Source of the DNA: Halobacteriovoraceae bacterium
GTDB taxonomy: Bacteria > Bdellovibrionota > Bacteriovoracia > Bacteriovoracales > Bacteriovoracaceae
DNA length: 64,000 nucleotides
Direction of reading: 5' to 3'
Assembly (NCBI GenBank): GCA_963719505.1
Contig: CAVRCF010000005.1
Span: 384,001 to 448,000, forward strand
Below, piece by piece: positions 29,059 to 39,792 of the stretch; within the stretch, counting starts at the first letter, position 1, and each line of letters begins with the position of its first letter. The translations under genes and the position numbers were made by a program. The notes below the pieces were generated by a model. That model was not told where the DNA came from and did no database searches. It saw nothing but the letters and a program-made list of their open reading frames with translations.

Positions 29059-30246
29059 ATGAGTAAGAAAAACCCACTTTTGAACATTGAACCACTGAGC
29101 CCAGAGTTTATTGCTGAGCATAAAGTTGAGTTATTCGATACTTGGATGATTAAGGACGACAAAGGAAACTCTTTTGGACCTTTTCAAACAGACACTCTTC
29201 GAGAAACAGCTGCTGTTGATCAGGACTTCTTTGAATCCGTGACAGCTTTTAACTACGCTACGGAAAAAGAGAAACCTTTTTATCAAAATACAAAATTTCA
29301 AAGAAGAAAACCCAAGCTAGTCTCACTCCAAGGAGTTGAGAGCACAGATGAGTTCTATCTTCTTATAAAAGGCGTTAAAAAAGGTCCCTATAGTTTAGCT
29401 GAAGTTAAAGAGATGGCCCAAAAAAGAGAAATTGCCCTCAATATCATGGCTTCTATGGATAAAGGTCAATCGTGGATAAAACTATTTGAGCACCATGAGT
29501 TTGATAGAAGACTTTTAAAAAACAAAGAAGAACTTCCCTTTTCGCCAAATGAAAGTGAACTCTCAAAAGTTCCTCAAAATAAAGTGAATAAATCCAACGA
29601 AGCTGATGAAGCTCTTGTAGGACTGGCTTTTATAGGCCGAGGAAACGATAGAGGTCAAAAAATTAAGCCCATATCGAGCACTTCGACAAACGAAGCCCCA
29701 ACAAGCACTCAACATTCAGTTTCTTTTACCTTCTCTAAAAGAGCAAAAATTGGATCGGCGATTGCTGCAATGCTGGTCATGGTTATGGTTGGCTTTAATA
29801 CTATGAATTCAACATTTGATAAAACACCTGAAACATATTCAAAAGCCCAAGCTCCAAAGGTCAATAACAGCGTTGTCACGAAAGTAGAGAAAGTGCAGCC
29901 CGTTCAAAGAAAACCTGCCCAGGCCATTCAAGCAAAAAAATACCAACCAATTAAGAAGAAACGAATCTATAAACCCACTCGTAATACTTCTCCACCAAGA
30001 CCAGTGGAAGTTTACAGAGAAGTTCATACTGACGATGAGCGTTACGACACAGTCGATCTAGATGATCCAAGACAAAAAGAAGACCTAACGAGAAGCCTCG
30101 CTGGAGACTTTGGAAATGATCAACTTTCTGAAGAGGAACTTGAGTTTATTGAAAGAGCAGAAAATGGTGAATTAAGCGAAAAAGAGATGGATAGCTATAA
30201 AACTTATCTCGATCAAAAAAGAGGCGAATTCGACGAATTTGATTAA
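29059..30246 (+). CDS. Tandem GYF_2/DUF4339-like domain, single-pass membrane protein
   Basis: W...GPF and FY...GPYS repeats, one TM, acidic C-terminus. Confidence 0.65.
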   Translation: MSKKNPLLNIEPLSPEFIAEHKVELFDTWMIKDDKGNSFGPFQTDTLRETAAVDQDFFESVTAFNYATEKEKPFYQNTKFQRRKPKLVSLQGVESTDEFYLLIKGVKKGPYSLAEVKEMAQKREIALNIMASMDKGQSWIKLFEHHEFDRRLLKNKEELPFSPNESELSKVPQNKVNKSNEADEALVGLAFIGRGNDRGQKIKPISSTSTNEAPTSTQHSVSFTFSKRAKIGSAIAAMLVMVMVGFNTMNSTFDKTPETYSKAQAPKVNNSVVTKVEKVQPVQRKPAQAIQAKKYQPIKKKRIYKPTRNTSPPRPVEVYREVHTDDERYDTVDLDDPRQKEDLTRSLAGDFGNDQLSEEELEFIERAENGELSEKEMDSYKTYLDQKRGEFDEFD

Positions 30247-30281
30247 TTTCCAAAGCATTTTCATCGTGATACCTTTTCACG

Positions 30282-30968
30282 ATGAAAACCATGATCGACC
30301 AAGAACTACTCAAGAATTTTCAAAGTGAAAATTACAACAACTCATTTTTATTGAGTTTTGAAGGGATTGAAGGTTCTGGAAAGTCGACTCAAATCAAAAA
30401 ATTAACGTCAATTATTCAAAACTCCAACTACGAAGTCTCTTACTTTAGAGAACCCGGTGGAACCAAATTTGGTGAAAAACTTAGAACTGCGATCCTTGAG
30501 AGCGACTCTCCTATTAATCCACTGGCAGAAGCAAATCTCTTTGCGGCCTCAAGGGCCCAGCTGTTGGACCAAGTAGTCTTGCCTTTGCTCTCCAAACCAA
30601 ACCAAGTCGTCATTCTTGACCGCTTTATAGACAGCTCCTTGGCTTACCAAGGTCAAGCTCGTGGCCTAGGAGCAGATTGTATATTGGACCTCCACAAAAG
30701 AGCTCCCTTAAACACAACTCCTCATTGTACATTTTATTTAAAAATTGATTCAAAAACTTCCCTAGAGCGTCAAAGTTTAAGAGGAGAAGATAAAGACTAT
30801 TTTGAACGAGAGAATATTGATTTCTATAACAAACTTATCAAAGGATACGATCAAGCAGCGCAATTGTTTCCTCAAAGAATTGAAGTCATCGACGGATCAT
30901 TAGATGAAGAGTCTGTCTCATCTCAAATATTGATCGCATTAAAGAATAGAACAGGCCTTATTTTATGA
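30282..30968 (+). CDS. tmk: Thymidylate kinase
   Basis: FEGIEGSGKST, REPGG, DRFIDSSLAYQG. Confidence 0.97.
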   Translation: MKTMIDQELLKNFQSENYNNSFLLSFEGIEGSGKSTQIKKLTSIIQNSNYEVSYFREPGGTKFGEKLRTAILESDSPINPLAEANLFAASRAQLLDQVVLPLLSKPNQVVILDRFIDSSLAYQGQARGLGADCILDLHKRAPLNTTPHCTFYLKIDSKTSLERQSLRGEDKDYFERENIDFYNKLIKGYDQAAQLFPQRIEVIDGSLDEESVSSQILIALKNRTGLIL

Positions 30969-31711
30969 CCCCTTCAAAAGTCATTGAACATAAATTAAAA
31001 ATTGATACGCTTGGACACTTTTATCATATTACTCCCAGTAAAAGTTCCAGGGATACAGAGTTTTTAAAAAACTGGATTCTCAATATTCTATCAAAGGCGA
31101 TGAGTGATGAGAAAAAGAGCTTTGATACAAGTTCGATTCTTAATCATGAAGACCTTTTAATCATAAAATCCCAAGAGCAAAAGCCTTATAAACTTTCTGA
31201 CTTCAATGACTTTTTTAGTTTTCTCACCTATAAAGCTTCAAGGTTTAGTAGAAAAATTATTATTATAGAAGATGCAGATAAACTTGGGACTGGTGTTTCT
31301 AACAAATTGCTAAAATCCTTAGAAGAGCCTCCGGTAAAATGCACGATATTTTTACTCAACGAGCAAAAAGTCTCATTATTGGATACCGTTAGATCTCGGG
31401 CCATCAATATACGAGTGCCTAACTTAGATATCCAGACTCATTCAACAATGACTCTTGACTACGTAAACAAAATCAAAGAAGGCCTGGGCTTTGACGAGTT
31501 TGTTGCTGATTTCAAAGGCAATAAAGACTTAGAAAATGAACTATTCACAAGTCTTATGAGTTTTTCGGCCCAGAATATAAATAATGCGAAACTGCTAGAA
31601 AAAATTGATGCGGCAACTCAACAAACTTTTCAAGACCATGAATTTAATAATGCACCACTTAACAGACTCCACAAGATTTATTTTGTCTTGAAAGAATACA
31701 TTGACGGTTAA
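30965..31711 (+). CDS. holB: DNA polymerase III delta-prime-like subunit (divergent)
   Basis: IIIEDAD, NKLLKSLEEPP, TVRSR; tmk-holB-ricT synteny. Confidence 0.8.
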   Translation: MTPSKVIEHKLKIDTLGHFYHITPSKSSRDTEFLKNWILNILSKAMSDEKKSFDTSSILNHEDLLIIKSQEQKPYKLSDFNDFFSFLTYKASRFSRKIIIIEDADKLGTGVSNKLLKSLEEPPVKCTIFLLNEQKVSLLDTVRSRAINIRVPNLDIQTHSTMTLDYVNKIKEGLGFDEFVADFKGNKDLENELFTSLMSFSAQNINNAKLLEKIDAATQQTFQDHEFNNAPLNRLHKIYFVLKEYIDG

Positions 31712-31755
31712 CTAAAATAGTCTGAAAATAGTAACCTATCGAATTTAGGGAATTA

Positions 31756-33150
31756 ATGGAATCAAATATAGAAGAAAATACAGATTACACATCTGACAAT
31801 GATGAAACAACAGAAAGCAATAATCGCTATACGGAAGGGCAACTGCTCAAGTTTATTCGCGTGCGCTTTCCTGGACATGCGAAAAGCTATCCTTTTTTAA
31901 TTGGAAAAAGAAAGCTGATGTATGGTCAAAAAGTTATGGCCATGAGTGACCGCGGAATGGCCGTGGGATATATCAACTCATTTCCCTACGATGTTCCTTT
32001 CAAAAAAGACATGCTTCCGCTTAAATCCATTTCAAAAATAGCGACACAAGAAGATATTGCCACTGAAAAAGACACCTATAAAAAGCAAAAAGAAACGGAA
32101 ACTCTTTGTCAAAAACTCATTGATAAGCACAATCTCCAGATGAACCTCACCCACGTGGAATTTACTGGATATGGTAAAAAGGTTGTTTTCTACTTTATCG
32201 CACCGGCTAGAGTAGACTTCAGAGGCTTAGTAAGAGATCTCGTTGCAGAATTAAAACTTCGTATCGAACTTCGACAAATATCAGTAAGAGATAGATCGGC
32301 ATCAATGGGAGCACTAGGCCCATGTGGTCGCGAGTTATGTTGTTCATCATTTTTAACAAAGTACGGTAACGTCTCTGTTAAAATGGCGAAAAACCAAAAT
32401 CTCACTCTCAACTACAGCAAGCTCAACGGAGTTTGTGGTCAGTTAAAGTGTTGTCTCCAGTATGAGGATGATGTCTATTCAGCTAAAAGAAAGAAAATGC
32501 CCGATGAGGGACAGTTCATTGAAACAAGTGATGGGAGAATGGGAAAAGTTCTTAGAATCCATATCCTCTCAGAACAATTCGATATGCTCACAAATAAAGG
32601 TCATATCAGAAGATATGTCGCCTCAATGATGGTTAAAAAAATTAAAATGGAAGAGGCTGATATGCCTCGAAAGTTTGATCATATCTCGGATGAGACCTCT
32701 ACAATTATAGGTCTATCTGAAAAAGAAGCAGCCGACTCTAGACTTTATCAACAAGAGATAGATGACCTTACGGGAAAATCTCACAAGTATGCCTTTGACA
32801 CTTACTATGATCTCACTGGACTAGATAAGCCTGAATATGAGATGCGCCAAGCTCCTCCTGAAAGCGATAAAAAAGAGATTAAAATAAATATGCCAAGCCA
32901 AGCTGATATCGCTGAGGCAAAAAAGAACTCCGATCTCCAAGCACAAAGCGAAGACTATACTCAGAACGATAAAATCAATCAAGACTACAAATCAGAGGAA
33001 AGATCTTATCCGGTCAACTCTGAAGCTGATTCAAAAACAGGTCAAGAGAAAAAACCTGAGAAGAAAAATAATCGCAACAGAAACCGCAACAGAAATAAAA
33101 ATCGCAACAAGAGCACTTCTCAAAGTAAGCCTTCAAAGCCCACAAGTTAA
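31756..33150 (+). CDS. ricT: RicT/YaaT (PSP1 domain) protein
   Basis: RVDFRGLV, GPCGRELCC, KMAKNQ, GVCGQLKCCLQYE; basic (RN)n tail. Confidence 0.9.
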   Translation: MESNIEENTDYTSDNDETTESNNRYTEGQLLKFIRVRFPGHAKSYPFLIGKRKLMYGQKVMAMSDRGMAVGYINSFPYDVPFKKDMLPLKSISKIATQEDIATEKDTYKKQKETETLCQKLIDKHNLQMNLTHVEFTGYGKKVVFYFIAPARVDFRGLVRDLVAELKLRIELRQISVRDRSASMGALGPCGRELCCSSFLTKYGNVSVKMAKNQNLTLNYSKLNGVCGQLKCCLQYEDDVYSAKRKKMPDEGQFIETSDGRMGKVLRIHILSEQFDMLTNKGHIRRYVASMMVKKIKMEEADMPRKFDHISDETSTIIGLSEKEAADSRLYQQEIDDLTGKSHKYAFDTYYDLTGLDKPEYEMRQAPPESDKKEIKINMPSQADIAEAKKNSDLQAQSEDYTQNDKINQDYKSEERSYPVNSEADSKTGQEKKPEKKNNRNRNRNRNKNRNKSTSQSKPSKPTS

Positions 33151-33159
33151 TCTCAACTT

Positions 33160-34350
33160 ATGACGGCTAAGATATGGCATACATCTGACTGGCACCTTGG
33201 TAAAAAGCTTTTTAAAAAAAGTCGAATTGAGGAGCAAAAGCTTTTTCTTGATTGGCTCTTTCAACAAATCAAAACACAACAAGTTGATGCTCTTATCATC
33301 GCTGGTGATATCTTTGATACACCCACTCCACCAAACGATGCTCTTGATTTATACTTCTCTTTTTTAGAAGAGGTCTCAAGTCAAACGAAGACCCATATTA
33401 TTATCATCTCGGGTAACCACGATTCAGCAAATTTTATTCAAGCTCCGGCCAGTATTTTAAAAAAACATAATATTCACATCAGAACACGTCTGGAAAAAGA
33501 CTTTGAAAAAAATATTATCACCCTCGACCTTAAAGGTGAGAAATACCACTTTAAATGTCTTCCTTACTTTCGAACCTATGAGCTGTATCAGTTCCTAGAT
33601 TCTGATACTGAATTAGACCCAACTGATGTTGAAAAGGTTCTTACGGATTTTTCTAATTTTTGGCCTACCTCTGATAAAAAAGCGTTTCACATTATCGTGG
33701 CCCATCATGCTTTTGGAGAGTTCTCTGCAACGGGAAGTGAGCATACAGTTTCCGTTATGGGTCTAGAGAATTTAAGTCTTAAGTGGTTTGGAGATAGCTT
33801 CGACTATATCGCTCTTGGACATATTCACAAGCCCCAAAAAATGAGCACAACGAAAAGTATTCACTATAGCGGCTCCCCCATCCCTTTGCGCTTTTCTGAA
33901 AAGCAGACAAAAAAGATACTTATCGTTAATACCAATGGTGCCCAGGTAGAATCAATAGATATACCTAAATTCAGAGAGATCATTCAAATAAGCTCCACTG
34001 AGGATCTTATTGAAGATAAGCTCTCAGAAGTCCTTGCAACTCTAGAGCACAAAGAGCTTGAAGCCTTTATTGAAATCAAATTAAAAATGACCACTCCTAA
34101 TAATGAATTAACGAACTCCCTTTTTGAAAAAATAAAGGCTGCTGGTCACACACTTTTATCACTGATCCCTAGTTACGAATCGATTGAGAGAACTCAGCAA
34201 AAAGAGCGTATTAATATAAATGAGCTCAATTTAAATGATCTCTTTAAACTCTACTATCAAGAAAAGTACCCTGAAAACGAAGCTCCCCCAGCTGAGCTTG
34301 AAATTCAATTTAGAAAACTTCTAGAAGACGTTAATCATGAAGTTTCTTAA
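33160..34350 (+). CDS. sbcD: Nuclease SbcCD subunit D
   Basis: HTSDWHLG, AGDIFD, GNHDS, ALGHIH, YSGSP. Confidence 0.95.
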   Translation: MTAKIWHTSDWHLGKKLFKKSRIEEQKLFLDWLFQQIKTQQVDALIIAGDIFDTPTPPNDALDLYFSFLEEVSSQTKTHIIIISGNHDSANFIQAPASILKKHNIHIRTRLEKDFEKNIITLDLKGEKYHFKCLPYFRTYELYQFLDSDTELDPTDVEKVLTDFSNFWPTSDKKAFHIIVAHHAFGEFSATGSEHTVSVMGLENLSLKWFGDSFDYIALGHIHKPQKMSTTKSIHYSGSPIPLRFSEKQTKKILIVNTNGAQVESIDIPKFREIIQISSTEDLIEDKLSEVLATLEHKELEAFIEIKLKMTTPNNELTNSLFEKIKAAGHTLLSLIPSYESIERTQQKERININELNLNDLFKLYYQEKYPENEAPPAELEIQFRKLLEDVNHEVS

Positions 34351-37300
34351 CTTACAGATTGAAAACATTGCCTCTTTAAAGGGAAAACATAAGATTGATT
34401 TTCAAGACATCGAAAACTATACCAATGTTTTTGCTATCACCGGGGATACGGGTTCTGGAAAGTCCACGATTCTCAATTGTCTTTCTCTAGCCTTCTACGG
34501 TCAAAACTATAAAAAAAGTCTCAACCAGATGGACTTTATTACTCTGAACGAACCAAAAGGCTCAGTATCAGTGCAGGCCCAACTCGATGGAGCCATCTAC
34601 AAATTTAATTGGAGTTGTAGACTCAAGAAAAAAAATGGCGAGGATTTAAAGAATCCTAAACCCAAAAGAGAATTTTTTATAAGAAATAAAGGAGCTTGGG
34701 ATCCCATAGAGAAAACGCCTGAAGAAATTGTTAAACTAAGTTTTGACCAGTTTTGTAAGACGATCATTCTCAACCAGGGAGATTTTGCAAAATTTTTGAC
34801 AAGTAGTTTTACTGACAGAAAAGAGATACTAGAGAGGTTCTACGAAGGCATCAATCTGGATAGGATTTCCACAGTGGCCAGACAAAATCTTAACGCTGTA
34901 AAGGAACAAATAGCACTTCTTGAATCAAAAAGACAGGGTCTTACTCAAAGTAGTGACGAAGGTATAAGTAAAGATGACCTAAATCAAGAAGTTACAGAGA
35001 AAAAGAAAACAAATGCACAGCTGGAAAGCCTTAGTAAAAATTTGAAAAATAATAGTCAAGTGCTTCGAGATATCACAAAGACACAGCAAACAATAGAGGC
35101 ATCCAATGAGAGGCTGATAAAAATAAAAAAAGATCTCGAAGAAATTACGAAAGAGCATAATCAAAGAAAGGTCTCTCTTGATCAGATAAACAAAAGCGCA
35201 ATTGAGTTTGATAAAAAATTCAAACAAAAAGAGCCTGTCTTTAGAGCTGGTATAAAGAAAAAAGAGAAAATTGACCAGCTTGAGATTCAAAAAGAAAGAG
35301 TACGCATTGAACAAAAAAATGCAGAAGAAACGCTTAAAAAAATTCAAATAAGACTGGAAGAAACCCTCAATGCAATAGCTAAAAAAGAGGAAGAAAGAGA
35401 CGTCATCAAAATTGAAATAAAGGAAATTTCAAAAGAACAGGCAAGAGAGACTGAGACACTATTAAAAGAGAACATAACCAAAATCCAAAACCTTGAAATA
35501 AAGAAACGAGATGTTTTATCCCTAGCGACGACAAATGACGGCACTCAAAAAGAAGCTGAATTAATCAAAAAAGAGATAAAAGGGGTTGACCAAAATGAAG
35601 TTGACTCAAAGATAGCAATCCTAAAAAATAGAATAGAGCAACTCAACTCTACCCGCGACTCTTTAAACGAAACTGAAAATGGCCTTAAGCAACTAGCGAT
35701 GCAATACGAGGACACGAAGAACCAAGTTTCTCTTTATAAAAAAGATATGCTCAAATTGAGTGAAGAGATATCGAGAATCTCTAATGAGATAAAAAAGCTT
35801 GAGCAAGATGTTGAGAACTTAAACACGAGTATTAAGTACTATGACCTTATTGAGGCCATTCACGAGTGCCAAGACCAAACGATAAAAGACGGAAAATGCG
35901 TGGTATGCAACGCGACTAATATCACAAATCTTCCCTCTATCGACATGGAAGGTCTGGAAAAAAGAAATGATTTGAAATCTCAAAAAGAAGAGAAACTTCT
36001 TATTTTAAATCAGCTTGGGAAGACAAGCGAAAACACAAAAGGTCGACTCTCGACTCTAGACAAAGAGCACTCCCAAAAACTGAATCAATATAAAGATCTT
36101 GGAGAAAGAAAAGAGGCACTCCAAAAAGAACACACTACTTTATTGGCAAAGGCCCAAGACCTTAAAAACAAAAGTGAGTTAGAAGAAAAACTTGAAACAC
36201 TGAGGAAAACAAAAAATGAAAATGAATTCAACCTCAAACAAATTGAAAACTTAAGATCAAAGTATAAAGAGACGAAAACTAAAATAGAATCTCTAAGCTC
36301 ACAAGTTGCCTCCGATAAAAAGGAAATTGAGGGTTCCATTGAAAAGATTCAAAATCTCTTGGGACAAAAGCTAGAAGCAAAAGAGCTTTTAGCGCAACTA
36401 GAGGATTTATCTCAAAAACGCTCTATATCTGAGCAGCTCTTAACCTTAAAGAAGGTGGAAAAATCAACAAATGAAGAGATTGATAATCTTAAAGAGCAGC
36501 AAAAGCAAAAAAAGGTTTTTGAAGCAGAAACCCTAACTGAAGTTGATCTTTTAAAAAACTCTATAAAGAGCACATGTGAAAGTGATAACCCTGAACAACA
36601 ACTCAATTTACTAAACAAAGAAAAAGATGAACTCTCAGTAGAAAAAGACAAGATAAAAGAACAATTTAATAAAGTAGAGATTCAAAAAGCTGATGCCAAC
36701 TCCAGATTTAAAAACTATACCGAACAGATTGATAGCTCAAAAGATCTGATAAATTCAACAATCGTTGACCTCGACTTTAATCTTGAAAGTGACGTTGTAG
36801 AAAAATATCAATACAATATTCTTTCCTCACTTAAAAAACTAAAGACATATGATCAAATAAATTTTGAGTCGTTGAGAGAAACTTTTCAAAGTCTTATCGA
36901 TTTTGAAAAGATGCATGACAATATCAAAAAAACAAATAAGGATGAATTGATTAGGGCCCAAACCAAGCTTGAACAAATCTTGGAAGTAGAGCAAAAAATG
37001 GGAAAGATCGAAAAAGACCTTGAAGTTTTATTAGATCAGAAAAACCAGCTCACTGACCTCTATGACATTGTTGGAGCCGATCAATTTAGAAATTTTGTTC
37101 TCTCAAACATTGAAAAGAATCTTATTGATCAGACAAATATCGAACTTGGGAAGCTTTGCGATGAAAGATATCAAATAGTCCAATTTAAAAAGAATGCAAA
37201 GTCAGCTCCAGAGTTCTATATCATCGACAGATATAAGGCGGGTCTCAATAGGAAAATAACAACTCTCTCCGGAGGAGAGACTTTTATGGTTTCACTGGCC

Positions 37301-37552
37301 ATGGCACTTGCCCTTTCAGAGCTTACAAGAGGGACACGGGAAATTGACACCCTCTTTATTGATGAAGGATTTGGCACACTTGATGAAGAAAGTCTTGAGG
37401 AAGTCGTGGAGATGCTTCTGTCAATGAGTAACAGAGGAAAAACTGTAGGACTTATAACCCATGTGAAAAGGCTATCAGAAAGAATCGCAGTCAATATTCA
37501 CTTGGAAAAAAGTCAACAAGGAAATTCTACAATCGATCTTCGCTTTCAATAA
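34337..37552 (+). CDS. sbcC: Nuclease SbcCD subunit C
   Basis: GDTGSGKST, coiled coils with CVVC zinc hook, LSGGE, FIDEGFG. Confidence 0.95.
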   Translation: MKFLNLQIENIASLKGKHKIDFQDIENYTNVFAITGDTGSGKSTILNCLSLAFYGQNYKKSLNQMDFITLNEPKGSVSVQAQLDGAIYKFNWSCRLKKKNGEDLKNPKPKREFFIRNKGAWDPIEKTPEEIVKLSFDQFCKTIILNQGDFAKFLTSSFTDRKEILERFYEGINLDRISTVARQNLNAVKEQIALLESKRQGLTQSSDEGISKDDLNQEVTEKKKTNAQLESLSKNLKNNSQVLRDITKTQQTIEASNERLIKIKKDLEEITKEHNQRKVSLDQINKSAIEFDKKFKQKEPVFRAGIKKKEKIDQLEIQKERVRIEQKNAEETLKKIQIRLEETLNAIAKKEEERDVIKIEIKEISKEQARETETLLKENITKIQNLEIKKRDVLSLATTNDGTQKEAELIKKEIKGVDQNEVDSKIAILKNRIEQLNSTRDSLNETENGLKQLAMQYEDTKNQVSLYKKDMLKLSEEISRISNEIKKLEQDVENLNTSIKYYDLIEAIHECQDQTIKDGKCVVCNATNITNLPSIDMEGLEKRNDLKSQKEEKLLILNQLGKTSENTKGRLSTLDKEHSQKLNQYKDLGERKEALQKEHTTLLAKAQDLKNKSELEEKLETLRKTKNENEFNLKQIENLRSKYKETKTKIESLSSQVASDKKEIEGSIEKIQNLLGQKLEAKELLAQLEDLSQKRSISEQLLTLKKVEKSTNEEIDNLKEQQKQKKVFEAETLTEVDLLKNSIKSTCESDNPEQQLNLLNKEKDELSVEKDKIKEQFNKVEIQKADANSRFKNYTEQIDSSKDLINSTIVDLDFNLESDVVEKYQYNILSSLKKLKTYDQINFESLRETFQSLIDFEKMHDNIKKTNKDELIRAQTKLEQILEVEQKMGKIEKDLEVLLDQKNQLTDLYDIVGADQFRNFVLSNIEKNLIDQTNIELGKLCDERYQIVQFKKNAKSAPEFYIIDRYKAGLNRKITTLSGGETFMVSLAMALALSELTRGTREIDTLFIDEGFGTLDEESLEEVVEMLLSMSNRGKTVGLITHVKRLSERIAVNIHLEKSQQGNSTIDLRFQ

Positions 37553-37555
37553 GCT

Positions 37556-38335
37556 CTAGTATCCAAGCTGAGCTTTTCGTTTAGCGACACCATCAACCAG
37601 ACGTGCTTGTGCCGAGATGAATCCATAACTATAGCTTGTGAGCACTTGATTTACTTTTAGAAAGCTTTTGTTATCTCTTGTCACCCTGATAAATTCTCTA
37701 AGCTCAGGTATCGATAGATTTTTTACCCTGCTGTAAAGAAATTCAAAATACAGTTCTCGGTACTGTTCAACGCTGATGAGTGCTTCATTATCTACTTTTT
37801 GGGCCACCTCATTGGAGTCCTGTAAAATAGCGGCTGCTTTCTTTCTGTCGAGATAAGTAGTCTTGTAGGACTTGTATTCCTCTATCAAGATGGGCTCATG
37901 TCCCAAGATATTATATAAAGAAATAATAAGAGGCTTAAGCTTTGGATGCATCTGCTTTTTAACATCTGCAAGGACAACGGGATAAATTTCAAAAAAATCA
38001 ACCGATGTTATCGTTTTAACCACAAATGGATTGTGATAAAGCTTCAGTGCACTTTCCAACTCTTGAATGGTAACGAATTGGGCAAGGTTTGAACGAAGCC
38101 CTTTTTCAAAAGATAAAAGGTTTAAACCTAAAAGAATTTGTCTGTGTCTATCGTTTGGCTTTTTATAGTTTAGATAAGCCGGGATGTCCTCATCAGACTT
38201 TATGACTTTAACGAAATCGATCCATTTATCTATTTGAGTCAGATCTATGATCTCGTTGACGGTTTTAAACCGAGTGGTTTCATTTGCATTCAAAGAGGCA
38301 ATAAAAAAAGCCGATAAGAGTATAATTATTTTCAT
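37556..38335 (-). CDS. Secreted helical hypothetical protein
   Basis: Signal peptide; 259-aa ORF. Confidence 0.7.
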   Translation of the reverse strand: MKIIILLSAFFIASLNANETTRFKTVNEIIDLTQIDKWIDFVKVIKSDEDIPAYLNYKKPNDRHRQILLGLNLLSFEKGLRSNLAQFVTIQELESALKLYHNPFVVKTITSVDFFEIYPVVLADVKKQMHPKLKPLIISLYNILGHEPILIEEYKSYKTTYLDRKKAAAILQDSNEVAQKVDNEALISVEQYRELYFEFLYSRVKNLSIPELREFIRVTRDNKSFLKVNQVLTSYSYGFISAQARLVDGVAKRKAQLGY

Positions 38336-38341
38336 ACTTTC

Positions 38342-38368
38342 TTATCGGCTCAATTAAATAAAATATTA
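38342..38368 (-). promoter_or_regulatory. Sigma28 (FliA)-type promoter
   Basis: TAAT-N15-GCCGATAA, ending 6 nt before ATG 38335. Confidence 0.65.
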
Positions 38369-38393
38369 TTAATAGACTTAAAAGATCAGGTAA

Positions 38394-39776
38394 TTAAAAT
38401 TCCACATGTCCTGGAGTTCTATGAAATGGGATAACATCTCTGATATTACTCATTCCCGTAATGTACATAACCGCTCTCTCAAATCCGAGTCCAAATCCAG
38501 AGTGAGGTACACTTCCATAGCGTCTAAGATCAAGGAACCACTTATATAAGTCCTCTTCCATATTCATCTCTTTCATTCTGTCAGTGAGTTTAGTGTAATC
38601 TTCTTCTCTTTGAGAACCACCAATAATCTCTCCAACACCTGGTACCAAAATATCCATAGCGCGAACAGTTTTACCGTCTTCATTTTGCTTCATATAAAAA
38701 GCTTTAATATCACGCGGATAGTCCGTAACAATGACAGGACCTTTAAAATGCTCATCAGTTAAAAATCTTTCGTGTTCAGTTTGCAGGTCAGCGCCCCACT
38801 CCACTTTATACTCAAATTTCTTTTTAGAATTTGAAAGAATTTCTACCGCTTGTGTGTAAGTAATTTTTGTAAAAGGTGATTTTGCGACATGGTCTAATTT
38901 TTCTAATAAACCTTTTGCCACGAACTTATTAAGAAATTCAAGCTCTGGAAGACATTCTTTCATTGCATAGTTGATCATATACTGAATATATTCAGCTCCT
39001 AAGTCAGCAACATCATCAAGATCTGCAAAAGCCACCTCAGGCTCGATCATCCAAAACTCGGCTAAGTGCCGAGCGGTGTTTGAATTCTCGCTTCTAAAAG
39101 TTGGACCAAAAGTATAGATGCTCCCCATTCCGCTGGCGAAAGCCTCACCTTCAAGCTGTCCTGTTACACATAAATAACTCTCCTTACCAAAGTAGTCTTG
39201 GGAAAAGTCCACTTCACCTTTGTCATTTTTTGGAGAATTATTAGGATCGAGTGTCGATACTCTAAAAAGCTCGCCCGCACCCTCTGCATCCATTGCCGTT
39301 ACGATTGGAGTGTTTACATAAAAGAAACCTTTATCATTAAAGAACTTATGAGTCGCTTGGGCCAAGGCGTGTCTTATTCTAAAAACGGCTCCAAAAGTAT
39401 TCGTTCTTGGTCTAAGGTGAGCAACCTCTCTTAAAAACTCCATCGACGTTCCCTTCTTCTGAAGAGGATAATCGTCGTCGGCTTTATGAAAATATTCGAC
39501 ATTGGTCGCTTGAATTTCGAATTCTTGTTTCCCTTGAGACTCAACAACTTTACCAGTCAAAAGAATAGAACTTCCCGTGCCACACTTTACAAAATCCTCA
39601 TAGCCTTCAAGAACACTATCGGCAATAATTTGCACATCGTGCTGAATCGAGCCATCGTTGAGAGTAATAAAAGTGAAGGTCTTTGACTTTCTTTGCGATT
39701 TAATCCATCCACCGATTTTAACTTCTGTTCCTATCGGTTTTTCTTTATAAAGGTTTTTGATTGTCCACAATTTCAT
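38394..39776 (-). CDS. asnS: Asparagine--tRNA ligase
   Basis: HLRPRTN, GPTFRSENSNTARHLAEFWMIEPE, GGSQRE, GFGLGFER. Confidence 0.97.
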   Translation of the reverse strand: MKLWTIKNLYKEKPIGTEVKIGGWIKSQRKSKTFTFITLNDGSIQHDVQIIADSVLEGYEDFVKCGTGSSILLTGKVVESQGKQEFEIQATNVEYFHKADDDYPLQKKGTSMEFLREVAHLRPRTNTFGAVFRIRHALAQATHKFFNDKGFFYVNTPIVTAMDAEGAGELFRVSTLDPNNSPKNDKGEVDFSQDYFGKESYLCVTGQLEGEAFASGMGSIYTFGPTFRSENSNTARHLAEFWMIEPEVAFADLDDVADLGAEYIQYMINYAMKECLPELEFLNKFVAKGLLEKLDHVAKSPFTKITYTQAVEILSNSKKKFEYKVEWGADLQTEHERFLTDEHFKGPVIVTDYPRDIKAFYMKQNEDGKTVRAMDILVPGVGEIIGGSQREEDYTKLTDRMKEMNMEEDLYKWFLDLRRYGSVPHSGFGLGFERAVMYITGMSNIRDVIPFHRTPGHVEF

Positions 39777-39792
39777 ATATTTCCTTAGGTGT

